DNA of 62,744 bases, counting the filler, from Chiloscyllium plagiosum (lineage: Eukaryota), in assembly GCF_004010195.1 (NCBI RefSeq). It is 6 parts of 2 records of this genome, joined end to end, with 100 filler letters (N's around TTAATTAATTAA, not from the genome) between each part and the next. Parts side by side here need not be neighbours in the genome. Positions count along the whole stretch, not along the records: positions 27,621 to 45,478 come from NC_057716.1; positions 45,579 to 55,226 come from NC_057716.1; 4 more parts are not named here. One strand, 5' to 3'. The position numbers and the translations under genes were made by a program. A model generated the notes under the pieces. The model ran no database searches and was not told where the DNA came from. It saw only the letters and a program-made list of their open reading frames with translations. Of the stretch, positions 38,318-49,100 are shown piece by piece; position 1 is the first letter of the stretch; every line of letters begins with the position of its first letter.

Positions 38318-38660
38318 TGGGGTTACATACAGTGTAAAACTCTCTCTACACTGTCCCCATCAAACACACTCAGGACAGGGACAGCACAGGGTTAGATACA
38401 GAGCAAAGCTCCCTCTACATTGTCCCCATCAAACACACTCAGGACAGGGACAGCACAGGGTTAGATACAGTGTAAAACTCTCTCTACACTGTCCCCATCA
38501 AACACTCCCAGGACAAGGACAGTACGGGGTTAGATACAGAGTAAAGCTACCTCTAAACTGTCCCCATCAAACACTCCCAGGACAGGGACAATACAGAGTT
38601 AGATACAGAGTAAAGCTACCTCTAAACTGTCCCCATCAAACACTCCCAGGACAGGGACAG
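38318..38660. repeat. 67-bp minisatellite, right half (about 5 copies)
   Basis: same unit as 36525-36915. Confidence 0.92.
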
Positions 38661-38674
38661 TCAGTGGAACAAGC

Positions 38675-39085
38675 TGTGATAAAAATTCTGGATCAGTGGT
38701 GCTGGAAGAGCACAGCAATTCAGGCAGCATCCGAGGACAGGCAAAATCGACGTTTCGGGCATAAGCCCTTCTTCAGGAATGAGGAAAGTTTGTCCAGCAG
38801 GCTAAGATAAAAGATAGGGAGGAGGGACTTGGGGGAGGGACGTCAGAAATGACCTCTTTCCACCTATCACATTTCTGACGTCCCTCCCCCAAGTCCCTCC
38901 TCCCTATCTTTTATCTTAGCCTGCTGGACAAACTTTCCTCATTCCTGAAGAAGGGCTTATGCCTGAAACGACGATTTTACTGCTCCTCGGATGCTGCCTG
39001 AATTGCTGTGCTCTTCCAGCACCACTGATCCAGAATCTGGTTTCCAGCATCTGCAGTCATTGTTTTTACCTTGTGATAAAAATTC
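38675..39085. mobile_element. fold-back Penelope pseudo-LTR insert with 14-bp TSD TGTGATAAAAATTC
   Basis: inverted arms at about 38685-38851 and 38870-39036; TSD at 38675-38688 and 39072-39085. Confidence 0.85.
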
Positions 39086-39172
39086 AGTAAGTGACTCTCG
39101 GATATTAGTCAGTCAGTGACTGAATATCTTGCTCTACTGCTCTTGATGTCTGCATTGTGTCTGTCCTTACAG

Positions 39173-39326
39173 GATTTGTAAGATAGTCGGTGTTTTAATC
39201 ACCCTTCTGATCCTGATTATCAATGCTTACTTTGTGGTGGATTATATTGAGCACTTGGACAGAGTTTGGCTCTACGTTGTCATTGGGGTGATTCTGCTCT
39301 TCTACCTCATCTTTGTGTTTTATTTG
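39173..39326 (+). CDS. SLC11A1: NRAMP/SLC11 exon, last two TM helices (ICKIVGVLITLLILIINAYFVVDY...FYLIFVFYL)
   Basis: 154 nt, phase 2 to 0; ttacag acceptor and gtaagt donor; IN.YFVV motif; terminal exon not found. Confidence 0.87.
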
Positions 39327-39841
39327 GTAAGTTTTGGTAAGAAGTCTCTTATTATAGCCTTGGGTCAGCTTGGATACTGGAGCCTATTGTCACAGCCACT
39401 CTCCTGTTCCACACTGGCCCCGCACCACGGGATTGAGATATTGCCTGGCTGTGGGGAGGACAGGGCAAATTCACCAGAATAATCCCGGGCTGAAAGGGTT
39501 CAATGACAAATGGTAAACAGAAGACCACAGATATGAGAAGTCTGAAATAAATGCAGAAAATTCTCGGGTTAGTGTCTGGCCTGCTGGGTATCTGCAGCAT
39601 TTCTGTTTTATTGGACTTGTACTCCCTTGAGTGTCGAAGGTAAAGGGGTGACCCAATCGAGGGGTTTCACAGGATTGGAGGATTCGACAGCATCATGAGA
39701 GAGTTGGGGGGAGGTTGAGGGGAAGTTATTGAGTCATAGAGATGTTCTTTGGGCTGGGGGAGGAGGTTGAGGTGTTGGGGGAGAGGGATGAGGGGTGAGG
39801 TGCTGAGAGGAAGGTGTTACATAGAACAGAAAATAGTGCAC

Positions 39842-41441
39842 TGTTATGGACTAGGCCAGACCACTCAAAACCTTGTGAAGCAGGCAGCCCCAGACTGTAA
39901 CTTTGCAATTTGTTTCAGTAAGTGTACAGTGAAAATTACCCGGAGTAAGATAGCTAGGTTGACTACTCGATTTTAAAACAAACATTTATTCCCAAAATTA
40001 CACAATGAAACACAAAGAACAGAATAAAGAATCCCTCCAGAACTCAGTCTATCCAACTAGACTTAACTATGCTGTTCCGAATATACACAACAGTCCCAAT
40101 AAACAAACTCCCTTTAAAACCCAGTAAAAATGGGACATATGCTTGCAGGTTGAAGTTGAAGGGCAGAAAAGAGAGAGTTTCCACACAGCTCCCTGTTGAA
40201 CTTCCCAGTTCAAGACTGAACTAAAACTGCTCAGCTCAGCTAGAGTGCCGCGGGAGGACCAGTTCCACCACAGAACACACCAGATGGCCTCCTTCTTTAG
40301 AGACCGCAATTTCCCTTCCCACATGGTTAAAGATGCCCTCCAACGCATCTCATCCACATCCCGCACCTCCGCCCTCAGACCCAACCCCCCCAACCGCAAC
40401 AAGGACAGAACGCCCCTGGTGCCCCCCTTCCACCCTACCAACCTTCGCATAAACCAAATCATCCGCCGACATTCCCCCCACCCCCAAACAGACCCCACCA
40501 CCAGGGATATATTTCCCTCCCCACACCTTTCCGCCTTCCGCAAAGACCGTTCCCTCCGTGACTACCTGGTCAGGTCCACGCCCCCCAACGAACCACCGTC
40601 CCGTCGTGGCACACTCCCTTGCCACTGCAGGAATTGCAAAACCTGCGCCCANNNNNNNNNNNNNNNNNNNNNNNNNNNNNNNNNNNNNNNNNNNNNNNNN
40701 NNNNNNNNNNNNNNNNNNNNNNNNNNNNNNNNNNNNNNNNNNNNNNNNNNNNNNNNNNNNNNNNNNNNNNNNNNNNNNNNNNNNNNNNNNNNNNNNNNNN
40801 NNNNNNNNNNNNNNNNNNNNNNNNNNNNNNNNNNNNNNNNNNNNNNNNNNNNNNNNNNNNNNNNNNNNNNNNNNNNNNNNNNNNNNNNNNNNNNNNNNNN
40901 NNNNNNNNNNNNNNNNNNNNNNNNNNNNNNNNNNNNNNNNNNNNNNNNNNNNNNNNNNNNNNNNNNNNNNNNNNNNNNNNNNNNNNNNNNNNNNNNNNNN
41001 NNNNNNNNNNNNNNNNNCCCACCCCCACCCTCCTCTAGCTTATCTCTCCACGCTTCAGGCTCTCTGCCTTTATTCCTGATGAAGGGCTTTTGCCCGAAAC
41101 ATCGATTTCGAAACTCCTCGGATGCTGCCTGAATTGCTGTGCTCTTCCAGCACCACTGATCCAGAATCTGGTTTCCAGCATCTGCAGTCATTGTTTTTAC
41201 CTAGAGAGCTGACCAATCCCCTTTCTTTCTACAGGTCACTTCTAAAACATAACCACTTTGGCCTGAAGTCTCATCTGTTTACATATAAACAAAAGGCCTC
41301 TCAAAATCCTTTTTCATCTCTGTACCAAACCTGACTGATCGGAGCCCGGCCCGGTTTATTCTCTCTCTGAAAACAAATCAAGGACAGAGTCTCCTTGAGC
41401 CAAGGAACAGCTTTTAGAGAAAAAGGGACTACCTTTGTGAC
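39842..41441 (-). mobile_element. probable solo LTR interrupted by a + strand Penelope fragment (about 40246-41200)
   Basis: TGTTATGG terminus; CTAGAG duplicated at 40240-40245 and 41201-41206; Penelope QTDPTTRDIF; hammerhead motif at about 41075. Confidence 0.6.
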
Positions 41442-44400
41442 CGCAGGAGTAGGCCATTCAGCCCTTCCAGCCTGCACCATTCAATATGATCACGGCTGAT
41501 GATGCAATCTCAGTATCCCATTCCCACACTCTCCCCATATCCCTTGATCCCTTTAGCTGCAAGGGCCACATCCATCTCCCTCTTGAATCTATCTAACGAA
41601 CTGGCCCCAACAGGTTCCTGTGGGAGAGAGTTCCACAGGTTCACAATTCTCTGACTGAAGAAATTCTTCCTCATCTCAGTCCTGAATGGCTAACCCCTTA
41701 TTCTTAGACTGTGAGCCCTTGTTCTGGACGTCCTTCCCACATCTAGCATGTACAGGCCCAGCAGCATTTCATATGTTTCTGTGAGATCTCTATGTTATGG
41801 GAGAAGGGGCAAGGGGGTAAGGTGATTGAGGGAATGGATTGATGGGGGTGGGCTGTTGGGGGAGGCGGGGCTACAGTGGATTAGATTAGATTAGATTAGA
41901 GTCCCTACAGCGTGGAAACAGGCCATTTAGCCCACACCGACCTGGAGCGGTGTAACCCACCCACACTCATTCCCCTCCATTACCCCCGACTAATGGGCAT
42001 AACACTATGGACAATTTAGCCTGGCTGAGTCATCTGATCTTAGATGTTTCAGGGAGAGGGATTGATGGGGGTGGGGCGTTGGGNNNNNNNNNNNNNNNNN
42101 NNNNNNNNNNNNNNNNNNNNNNNNNNNNNNNNNNNNNNNNNNNNNNNNNNNNNNNNNNNNNNNNNNNNNNNNNNNNNNNNNNNNNNNNNNNNNNNNNNNN
42201 NNNNNNNNNNNNNNNNNNNNNNNNNNNNNNNNNNNNNNNNNNNNNNNNNNNNNNNNNNNNNNNNNNNNNNNNNNNNNNNNNNNNNNNNNNNNNNNNNNNN
42301 NNNNNNNNNNNNNNNNNNNNNNNNNNNNNNNNNNNNNNNNNNNNNNNNNNNNNNNNNNNNNNNNNNNNNNNNNNNNNNNNNNNNNNNNNNNNNNNNNNNN
42401 NNNNNNNNNNNNNNNNNNNNNNNNNNNNNNNNNNNNNNNNNNNNNNNNNNNNNNNNNNNNNNNNNNNNNNNNNNNNNNNNNNNNNNNNNNNNNNNNNNNN
42501 NNNNNNNNNNNNNNNNNNNNNNNNNNNNNNNNNNNNNNNNNNNNNNNNNNNNNNNNNNNNNNNNNNNNNNNNNNNNNNNNNNNTTTCGGGCACAGGCCCT
42601 TCTTCAGGAATGAGTGGGGAATATCAGATCAGCCATGATCCAGTTGAATGATGGAGTAGGCTGAGGGGCTGATTGGCCTTGTCCTAGATGTATTTCTTAC
42701 TGTCCTATGGACTAAAACAAACAGCTTTTTGCTCCGCAGAGCGTGTAACCAGAAAGCAGTGTAGTTCAGAGAGCACAGTGAGTGACAGAGGGACAGGACT
42801 TGGTGCATGAGGCCAGATCTCAAACAATGATGAAACAGAAGTACCGGAAAAGGATGGAGTGCTTGCTGTGTGGAGTAAAGACAACAAGCTTTCACCTCGA
42901 GTCCCAGGGAGCTGGAGGGGAGGCTAACAGGTGACTAGGTAGGATGGTCAAACTGAACAGTTACAAAGGAGTTGGTGAGGGTTTCAGCAGCTGATGAGCT
43001 GTACACTGGGTCATGTTGAGGAAGTGAAAATAATCATTCCTATTGACTGTGTTCAAAGTTCATCTCAAAGTTACACAAACTTCCATTGCTATTACAGCAC
43101 AGAAGGAGGCCATTCAACCCATGTGATCTGTGCTGTTGTTGTTATTAGACATCATTCACCTCCTGTTTTAGTTACATCTTCTGAGGCTTTCCAAATCTCT
43201 TTCTGTTCTCTGCTCTCTCATAGACTTGTTTCCTTTTGAAATCAGTTAAAGCTATTTTTCACAACCACTTCCCGGGGAAGAGAGTTCCACATTCTGATTA
43301 TTTTCTGAGTCACAATGAGACCAAGGTTGACTGTAGGCTTGTTCAACCTCAGGCAGTGACTAGTGACAGAGACTCAGTCAGCGACTGAATCACTAAATAC
43401 AGTGCTTACAATATGACAGGAGGCCATTCAACCCAGCAAGTCTCTGCTGGCTCTCAGCAAGTGCGGGTATCCTACTTCTCCCTTCCTCACAAGTTCTGCA
43501 AAAACACTTAGAACAAAGAACAAGACAGCACAGGAACAGGCCCTTCGACTCTGTGCTGACACGTTTTCTCCTTCCATACTGAAACTATCTTCCTTTACAG
43601 GGTTCGTATCCCTCTATTCCCTTCCTATTCCTGTATTTGTCCTGGTGTTTCTTGAATGCTGCTATTTCTTCCAAGGAATTATGCAATTTCATTTTGAAAG
43701 CCATGGTTGAGTCTGCTGCTAATAGCTAGATGTGATCAGTGGTGATATCAGCTCACCCAGGCCTGGAACCTGAGGGGAAATGGTTCCAGTCCAATCCTCG
43801 GCCCCATGTGTGAATGAACATGAAAGTCCTCCAGTACCTGAGGAGTGGTGAATGGTGCTGAATATTGTGTAATCATCGGGGACCATCCCCACTTCTGACC
43901 TTCTGATGGAGGGAAGGTCATTGATGAAGCAGCTGAAGATGGTTGGGTCTAGGACACTCCCCTGAGGGACTCCTGCAGAGATGTCCTGGAGCTGAGACGA
44001 CTGACCCTCCAACAACCACAACCATCTTCCTCTGTGCCAGGTACGACTCTAACCAGCGGAGAGTTTGTCCCCGGTTCACATTCACAGTACTGAAGGTGCC
44101 TTTCAGTTTCCCACGCTTGGCCCATTGCCTGGAATGTTATGACATTTCAAATGCTCATCCAAGTCGTTTTTGAAGGTTGTGAGGTTTCCCACCTCAACTC
44201 CCCTCCCAGACAGGGCATTGCAGATCCCCACCACCCTCTGGGTGAGAAATCCTAACCCTAAAATCCCCTCGAAGCATCCTGTCTTCAATTTATAATTAGG
44301 CCCCCTCATTATTGACCATTTGACAAAAGGGAACAGCAGCATCCCCCCTGTCCATGCTCCTCATTATATGATACACCTCTATCAGGTCCCGTACCCACAC

Positions 44401-44749
44401 ACCCCCAACCCCACCCACAACCTTCCCTGCTTTAAAGACAGCACTCCGAGTTTATGCAGCCTCTCTCCATCGCTGAAATGCTCCATCCCAGACACCATCC
44501 TGGTGACTCTCCCTCTGCAACCCCTCCAGTGCAATCTCATCCTTCCCATTGTGTGGGGACCAGAACTGCACACAGTACTCCAGCTGTGGTCTAACCAAAG
44601 TCCTGTACAGCTCCAACATCACCCCCCTGCTCTTGTAATTGATGCATCGACTGACAAAGGCAGGTGCCCCATCTGCCACTGTGCCCACCCTATTACCCTG
44701 TCCAGCCACCTTCAGGGATCTGTGGACAAGTGCCACAGGTCCCTCTACT

Positions 44750-45478
44750 CGTCTGAGTTTTCCAGCTTTCAGTGCCGTTTTTTTGCGGTGTGTGGTCCTG
44801 TTCTGTCCTATGGTGACGGCCTGTTCTATGGTCCGGGTCCATTCCTGATTCGTGGTTTTTGAAATTAACGACTTTTGGCGCGCAATTTCATGTCTGTATC
44901 TGTGAAGTCGGTTGTGCGCGTCTGTGATCATGACCTGGATCATCCTGAATCCATTCTGCTGGGCTGTTTCCCTGGCTTGTGGATTGTTGACTGGTGGTCT
45001 GTATCTGGCACATTGTGGAAGGATTCGATTCTTTCGGCATTCATGCAAGAAAAAATGGCCAAACTAACACACAACAAAGAGGACATCGGTTGTGCGCGTC
45101 TGTGATCATGACCTGGATCATCCTGAATCCGTTCTGCTGGGCTGTTTCCCTGGCTTGTGGATTGTTGACTGGTGGTCTGTATCTGGCACATTGTGGAAGG
45201 ATTCGATTCTTTCGGCATTCATGCAAGAAAAAATGGCCAAACTAACACACAACAAAGAGGACACTACAACACACACCTGGGTTAAAAACCTCTCCCACAG
45301 ACAGCTCACAGACACGGAAAGAACAATACTGGCCAAGAGGCTCAACTACAACCACAGGGACGCCAAGACAGCAGACTTCCTAGCAGCACTAGAATGCACA
45401 CTCAGGAACAATGGACTGACAGAAGAGACACAACAAACAGTGTTATCGTACCTCTGATAATAAGGAAAAGACAAACAC
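44750..45478. mobile_element. Penelope-like (Poseidon-type) N-terminal ORF fragment with an inversion and a 178-bp tandem duplication
   Basis: WVKNLSHRQLTDTERTILAKRLNYN (VxNLS...GLNF-type motif) on +; upstream part on -. Confidence 0.65.
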
Positions 45479-46899
45479 NNNNNNNNNNNNNNNNNNNNNN
45501 NNNNNNNNNNNNNNNNNNNNNNTTAATTAATTAANNNNNNNNNNNNNNNNNNNNNNNNNNNNNNNNNNNNNNNNNNNNACTGAAGACGTGTGCTCCAGAA
45601 CTTGCCTCTCCCCGAGCCAAGCTGTTCCAGTCCAGTTACAACACTGGCATCTCCCCGACAATGTGGAAAATTGCCCAGGTATGTCCTGGACAGAAAAAGC
45701 AGGACAAATCCAACCCGGCCAATTCCCGCCCCATCAGTCTCCTCTCGATCATCCAGAGGGGAGGGAGAGGGACAGCCCTTGACATCGAGGCTGCATTCAA
45801 CCGAGTGTGGCATCACGGAGCCCTGGCTAAACTGGAATCAGTGGGTATCAGGAGGCAAACTCTCTGCTGGTTAGAGTCATACCTGGCACAGAGGGAGATG
45901 GCTGTGGTTGTTGGATGGTCAGTCATCTCAGCTCCAGGACATCAGCTCAAGAAGGCAGCTCACCACCACTTTCTCAGGGGAAGATGTTGGACAATAAATG
46001 CTGGGCCCAGCCAGTGGCACACACATCCCATGAATCAATAAAGAAAATGGGGGTGAGGGCAATGCTTTTCCTCATAGGGTCATGAGTCTCAGTGGAAGCA
46101 GAGTCATTGAATATTTCCAAGTCAGGTGTGGGGAGATTCCTGATGCACAAAGATAGTGAAAGGTTATTAGGGTCAGGCAGGAATGGGGGATGATCAGATC
46201 AGCCATCATTACATTGAATGATGGAGCAGGATGTGGGGATGAGTCGCTTTCCCCAACTCCAAATTCATTTCTTTGTGTGGAATTCTTAACTAATCCTTTG
46301 ACAGGGCACCTCAAAATCACCTTGTGTTGTTTAACTATGTTAAAAGCTCCACTTAAATGAATGTTGTTCTACCTGGGATGTTCAATGACAAAGCTGTATT
46401 TGATAAAGAGAAGGGAGATCTCCCGGTTTGAAAAGACTAATCTTTCAGATTCATTCCTGCTTCCCAATTAGCAGTGAACTTGCAGAGAGCTGTGAGAGGC
46501 TTCGGAGATTGGGTGACGGTATGCAGACAAGGAAAGTTGTGGGGGTGGGGGTGCGGTGAAGCATATCGAGGTGGGATGGGAGTGTGAGGGAGAGGCAGTG
46601 AAAGAGAGAGAGAGAGAAAGGGATTGGGGAGAGAGAGAGACACACACACACACATCAGCTGGCTACAATCTAACCTCACAATCTCAGTCAATCCCAAAGA
46701 GTCTACAGGAGATGGGAGGCAGCATTACTCAGCTGTTTGAGGGGTTGATTGAGTTGTTAGGTTACACCACCTACTGGCAGTGACCAGACACAGGCCCTGA
46801 AACCAAAACAGATCAGATTGCAGAAACTCAGCAGCTCTGGCAGTGTCTGTGGGAAGAGATCAGAGTTAGTGTTTTGAGTCCTGAGAGATTCTTGCTCCC

Positions 46900-47540
46900 C
46901 TGTGTGGCTGAGAGTGAGGGCTGCAGGGAGACTGAGGAAACCGACTGTAGCACCATGGCACAGGGAACCATTCAGGAGGGGAGAGGAAAGAGAAATGTAG
47001 TTGTAATCGGGGAGGGTATAGTCAGGGGAATAGACACTGTTCTCCCTGGGCTGGATTGAGAGTCTCGAAGGTCGGGTTACCTGCCTGGTGCCCAGGATCA
47101 GGATATCCCACCTGGGCTGCAGAGGAACTTGGAGTGGGAGGAGAAAGATCGAGTTGTTGTGGTCCATGTCAGTACCAATGATATCATAGAAAGAGGAAAT
47201 GAGGGAATATGAGCAGCTAAGGACTAAATTAAAAAGCAGGAACAAAAAGGTAATAATCACTGGATGACTCGGTGTGCCATGAGAAAATTGGCACAGGGTC
47301 AATAATTGATCGATCCACTGTTATCACAAATACTGAGAGACAGTGAAAAGTGTTGTGTTGTGAGCTCTGCAGGCAGATTGTACTGTACAAAGTGGATCAA
47401 TAAGGTTAAAGAGGCAAATGCATGGTTCAAATCCATGGGAGATTGGCACCAGTACTGGGGTAGGAGAGGACAGGCTGCAGCTGAATCATGTTGGGGCGAG
47501 AGTCCTGGTCAGTCATAAAACTCAGGCTCTGGACAGGCCT
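46900..47540 (+). mobile_element. degenerate CR1 ORF1 (SGNH esterase-like)
   Basis: RNVVVIGEGIVRGID, LPGARI, VVVHVSTNDI. Confidence 0.65.
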
Positions 47541-47695
47541 TTAAGTTATTTAGTGGGGGAGGGGGAGGGGGAGGTCTGCACTGACTCCTGAACTTCTGTC
47601 CTCCACATGTCAGAGTGCAGCACTCCCGCAGTCCTGACAGTTGTTCTGCTCAGTGTGATATTAAATCACTATTTGTCTGGGGTTTTGTTTTGTAG

Positions 47696-47919
47696 TGAAG
47701 GAGCCTCCTGAGACAGAGCAGTCGATTTCTCTGGACACGGCTGAGGAAGGTTACAGTTCCAATCCAATGCCCAAAAAGCACAGTCGCTTGTCTAACCACA
47801 AGGTGGAAGCATTGAACAAGGATCGCAAAAAGAGGCTGCATATTTCCAAAATCATCTCCTCCTCGGAGAACACATCCCACGACCGACGTCTCCCTGGTCA
47901 CAAGCAGGAATCAGAACTT
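47696..47919 (+). CDS. IGFBP5: IGFBP5 exon 2, linker domain (...KHSRLSNHKVEALNKDRKKRL...KQESEL)
   Basis: ttgtag acceptor and gtaagt donor; phase 1 to 0; resembles IGFBP5 KHTRISELKAEAVKKDRRKKL...RQESEQ. Confidence 0.87.
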
Positions 47920-48066
47920 GTAAGTCCTTGAGGATCATGGTGTCCCTGTAGAACACAACATTGACTATACCATGCTGTCACTGAGCAACACTCCCTGCTT
48001 CCCCAGCCCTTCTGTGTCCCACCAAAACATCCAGCCAATAAGGGCCACTGCCCACTCTTTGAAGGC

Positions 48067-48639
48067 TTATCTAATTTCTGATTTGGAGATGCTGGTGTTG
48101 GACTGGGGTGTACAAAGTTAAAAATCACACAACACCAGGTTATAGTCCAACAGGTTTAATTGGAAGCACTAGCTTTCGGAGGTACGTTGTGGAGTATAAG
48201 ATTGTAAGACACAGAATTTATGACTAGATTCCCTACAGTGTGGAAACAGGCCCTTCGGCCCCATGACCCTCCGAAGAGCAACCCACCCAGACCCATTTCC
48301 CTCTGACTAATGCACCTAACACTATGGACAATTTAGCATGGCCAATTCACCTGACCTGCACATCTTTGGACTGTGGGAGGAAACCGAAGCACCCGGAGGA
48401 AACCCACGCAGACACAGGGAGAACGTGCAAACTCCACACAGACAGTCGCTTGAGGGGCTGGAATTGAACCTGGGTCTCTGGCGCTGTGAGGCTGCAGTGC
48501 TAACCTATAAATTCTGTCTTACAATCTTATTCTCCACAACCACCTGATGAAGGACCAACGCTTCGAAAGCTAGTGCTTCCAAATAAACCTGTTGGACTAT
48601 AATCTGGTGTTATGGGATTTTTAACTTTATCTAATTTCT
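48067..48639. mobile_element. fold-back Penelope pseudo-LTR insert with 13-bp TSD and an HE1 SINE at its centre
   Basis: TSD TTATCTAATTTCT at 48067-48079 and 48627-48639; inverted arms flank the SINE. Confidence 0.8.
48541..48575 (+). ncRNA. minimal hammerhead motif, fourth family (AGCT stem III; stem II decayed)
   Basis: CAC-CTGATGA-AGGACCAACGCTTC-GAAA-GCTA-GTG. Confidence 0.55.
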
Positions 48640-48774
48640 CTCTCTCTCTCTCTGCCTCTCTCTCCCTTTCCCCTGTTCTTTCCTTATGATGCTCGAATTA
48701 TTTTCCCTTTGGCCATTACTTCAATTCCCCTTTGAAAATTAACTTTCACAGACCCTTCAAGCATCACTTGAGAG

Positions 48775-49100
48775 ACGATGGCCGAGTGGTATTATTCTGG
48801 ATTGTTAATCTAGATAATGTTCTAGAGACCCAGGTTCAAATCCCCACCGTGGCAGATAGTGGAATTTTAATTCAATAAAAATCTGGAATGAGGAGTTTGC
48901 TGATGACCACAAAACAATTGTTGGAAAAGCCCACCTGGTTCAGTGATGTCCCTCAGAGAGGGAAATCTGCCACCCTTACCTGGTCTGGCCTACCTGTGAC
49001 TCCAGACCCACAGCAGCATGATTGACTCAACTATTCCCTGGGGGCTAAACGCTCCCCTAGTCAGTGACGTCCTTATCTCGTAAGTGAATAATAAAAACAA
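48775..49100 (+). mobile_element. DeuSINE/SacSINE-like element (others near 4795-5050 and 53720-54145)
   Basis: tRNA-like head GGTTCAAATCCC and core GGAAATCTGCC...CTTACCTGGTCTGGCCTAC.TGTGACTCCAGACCCACAGCA. Confidence 0.7.
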
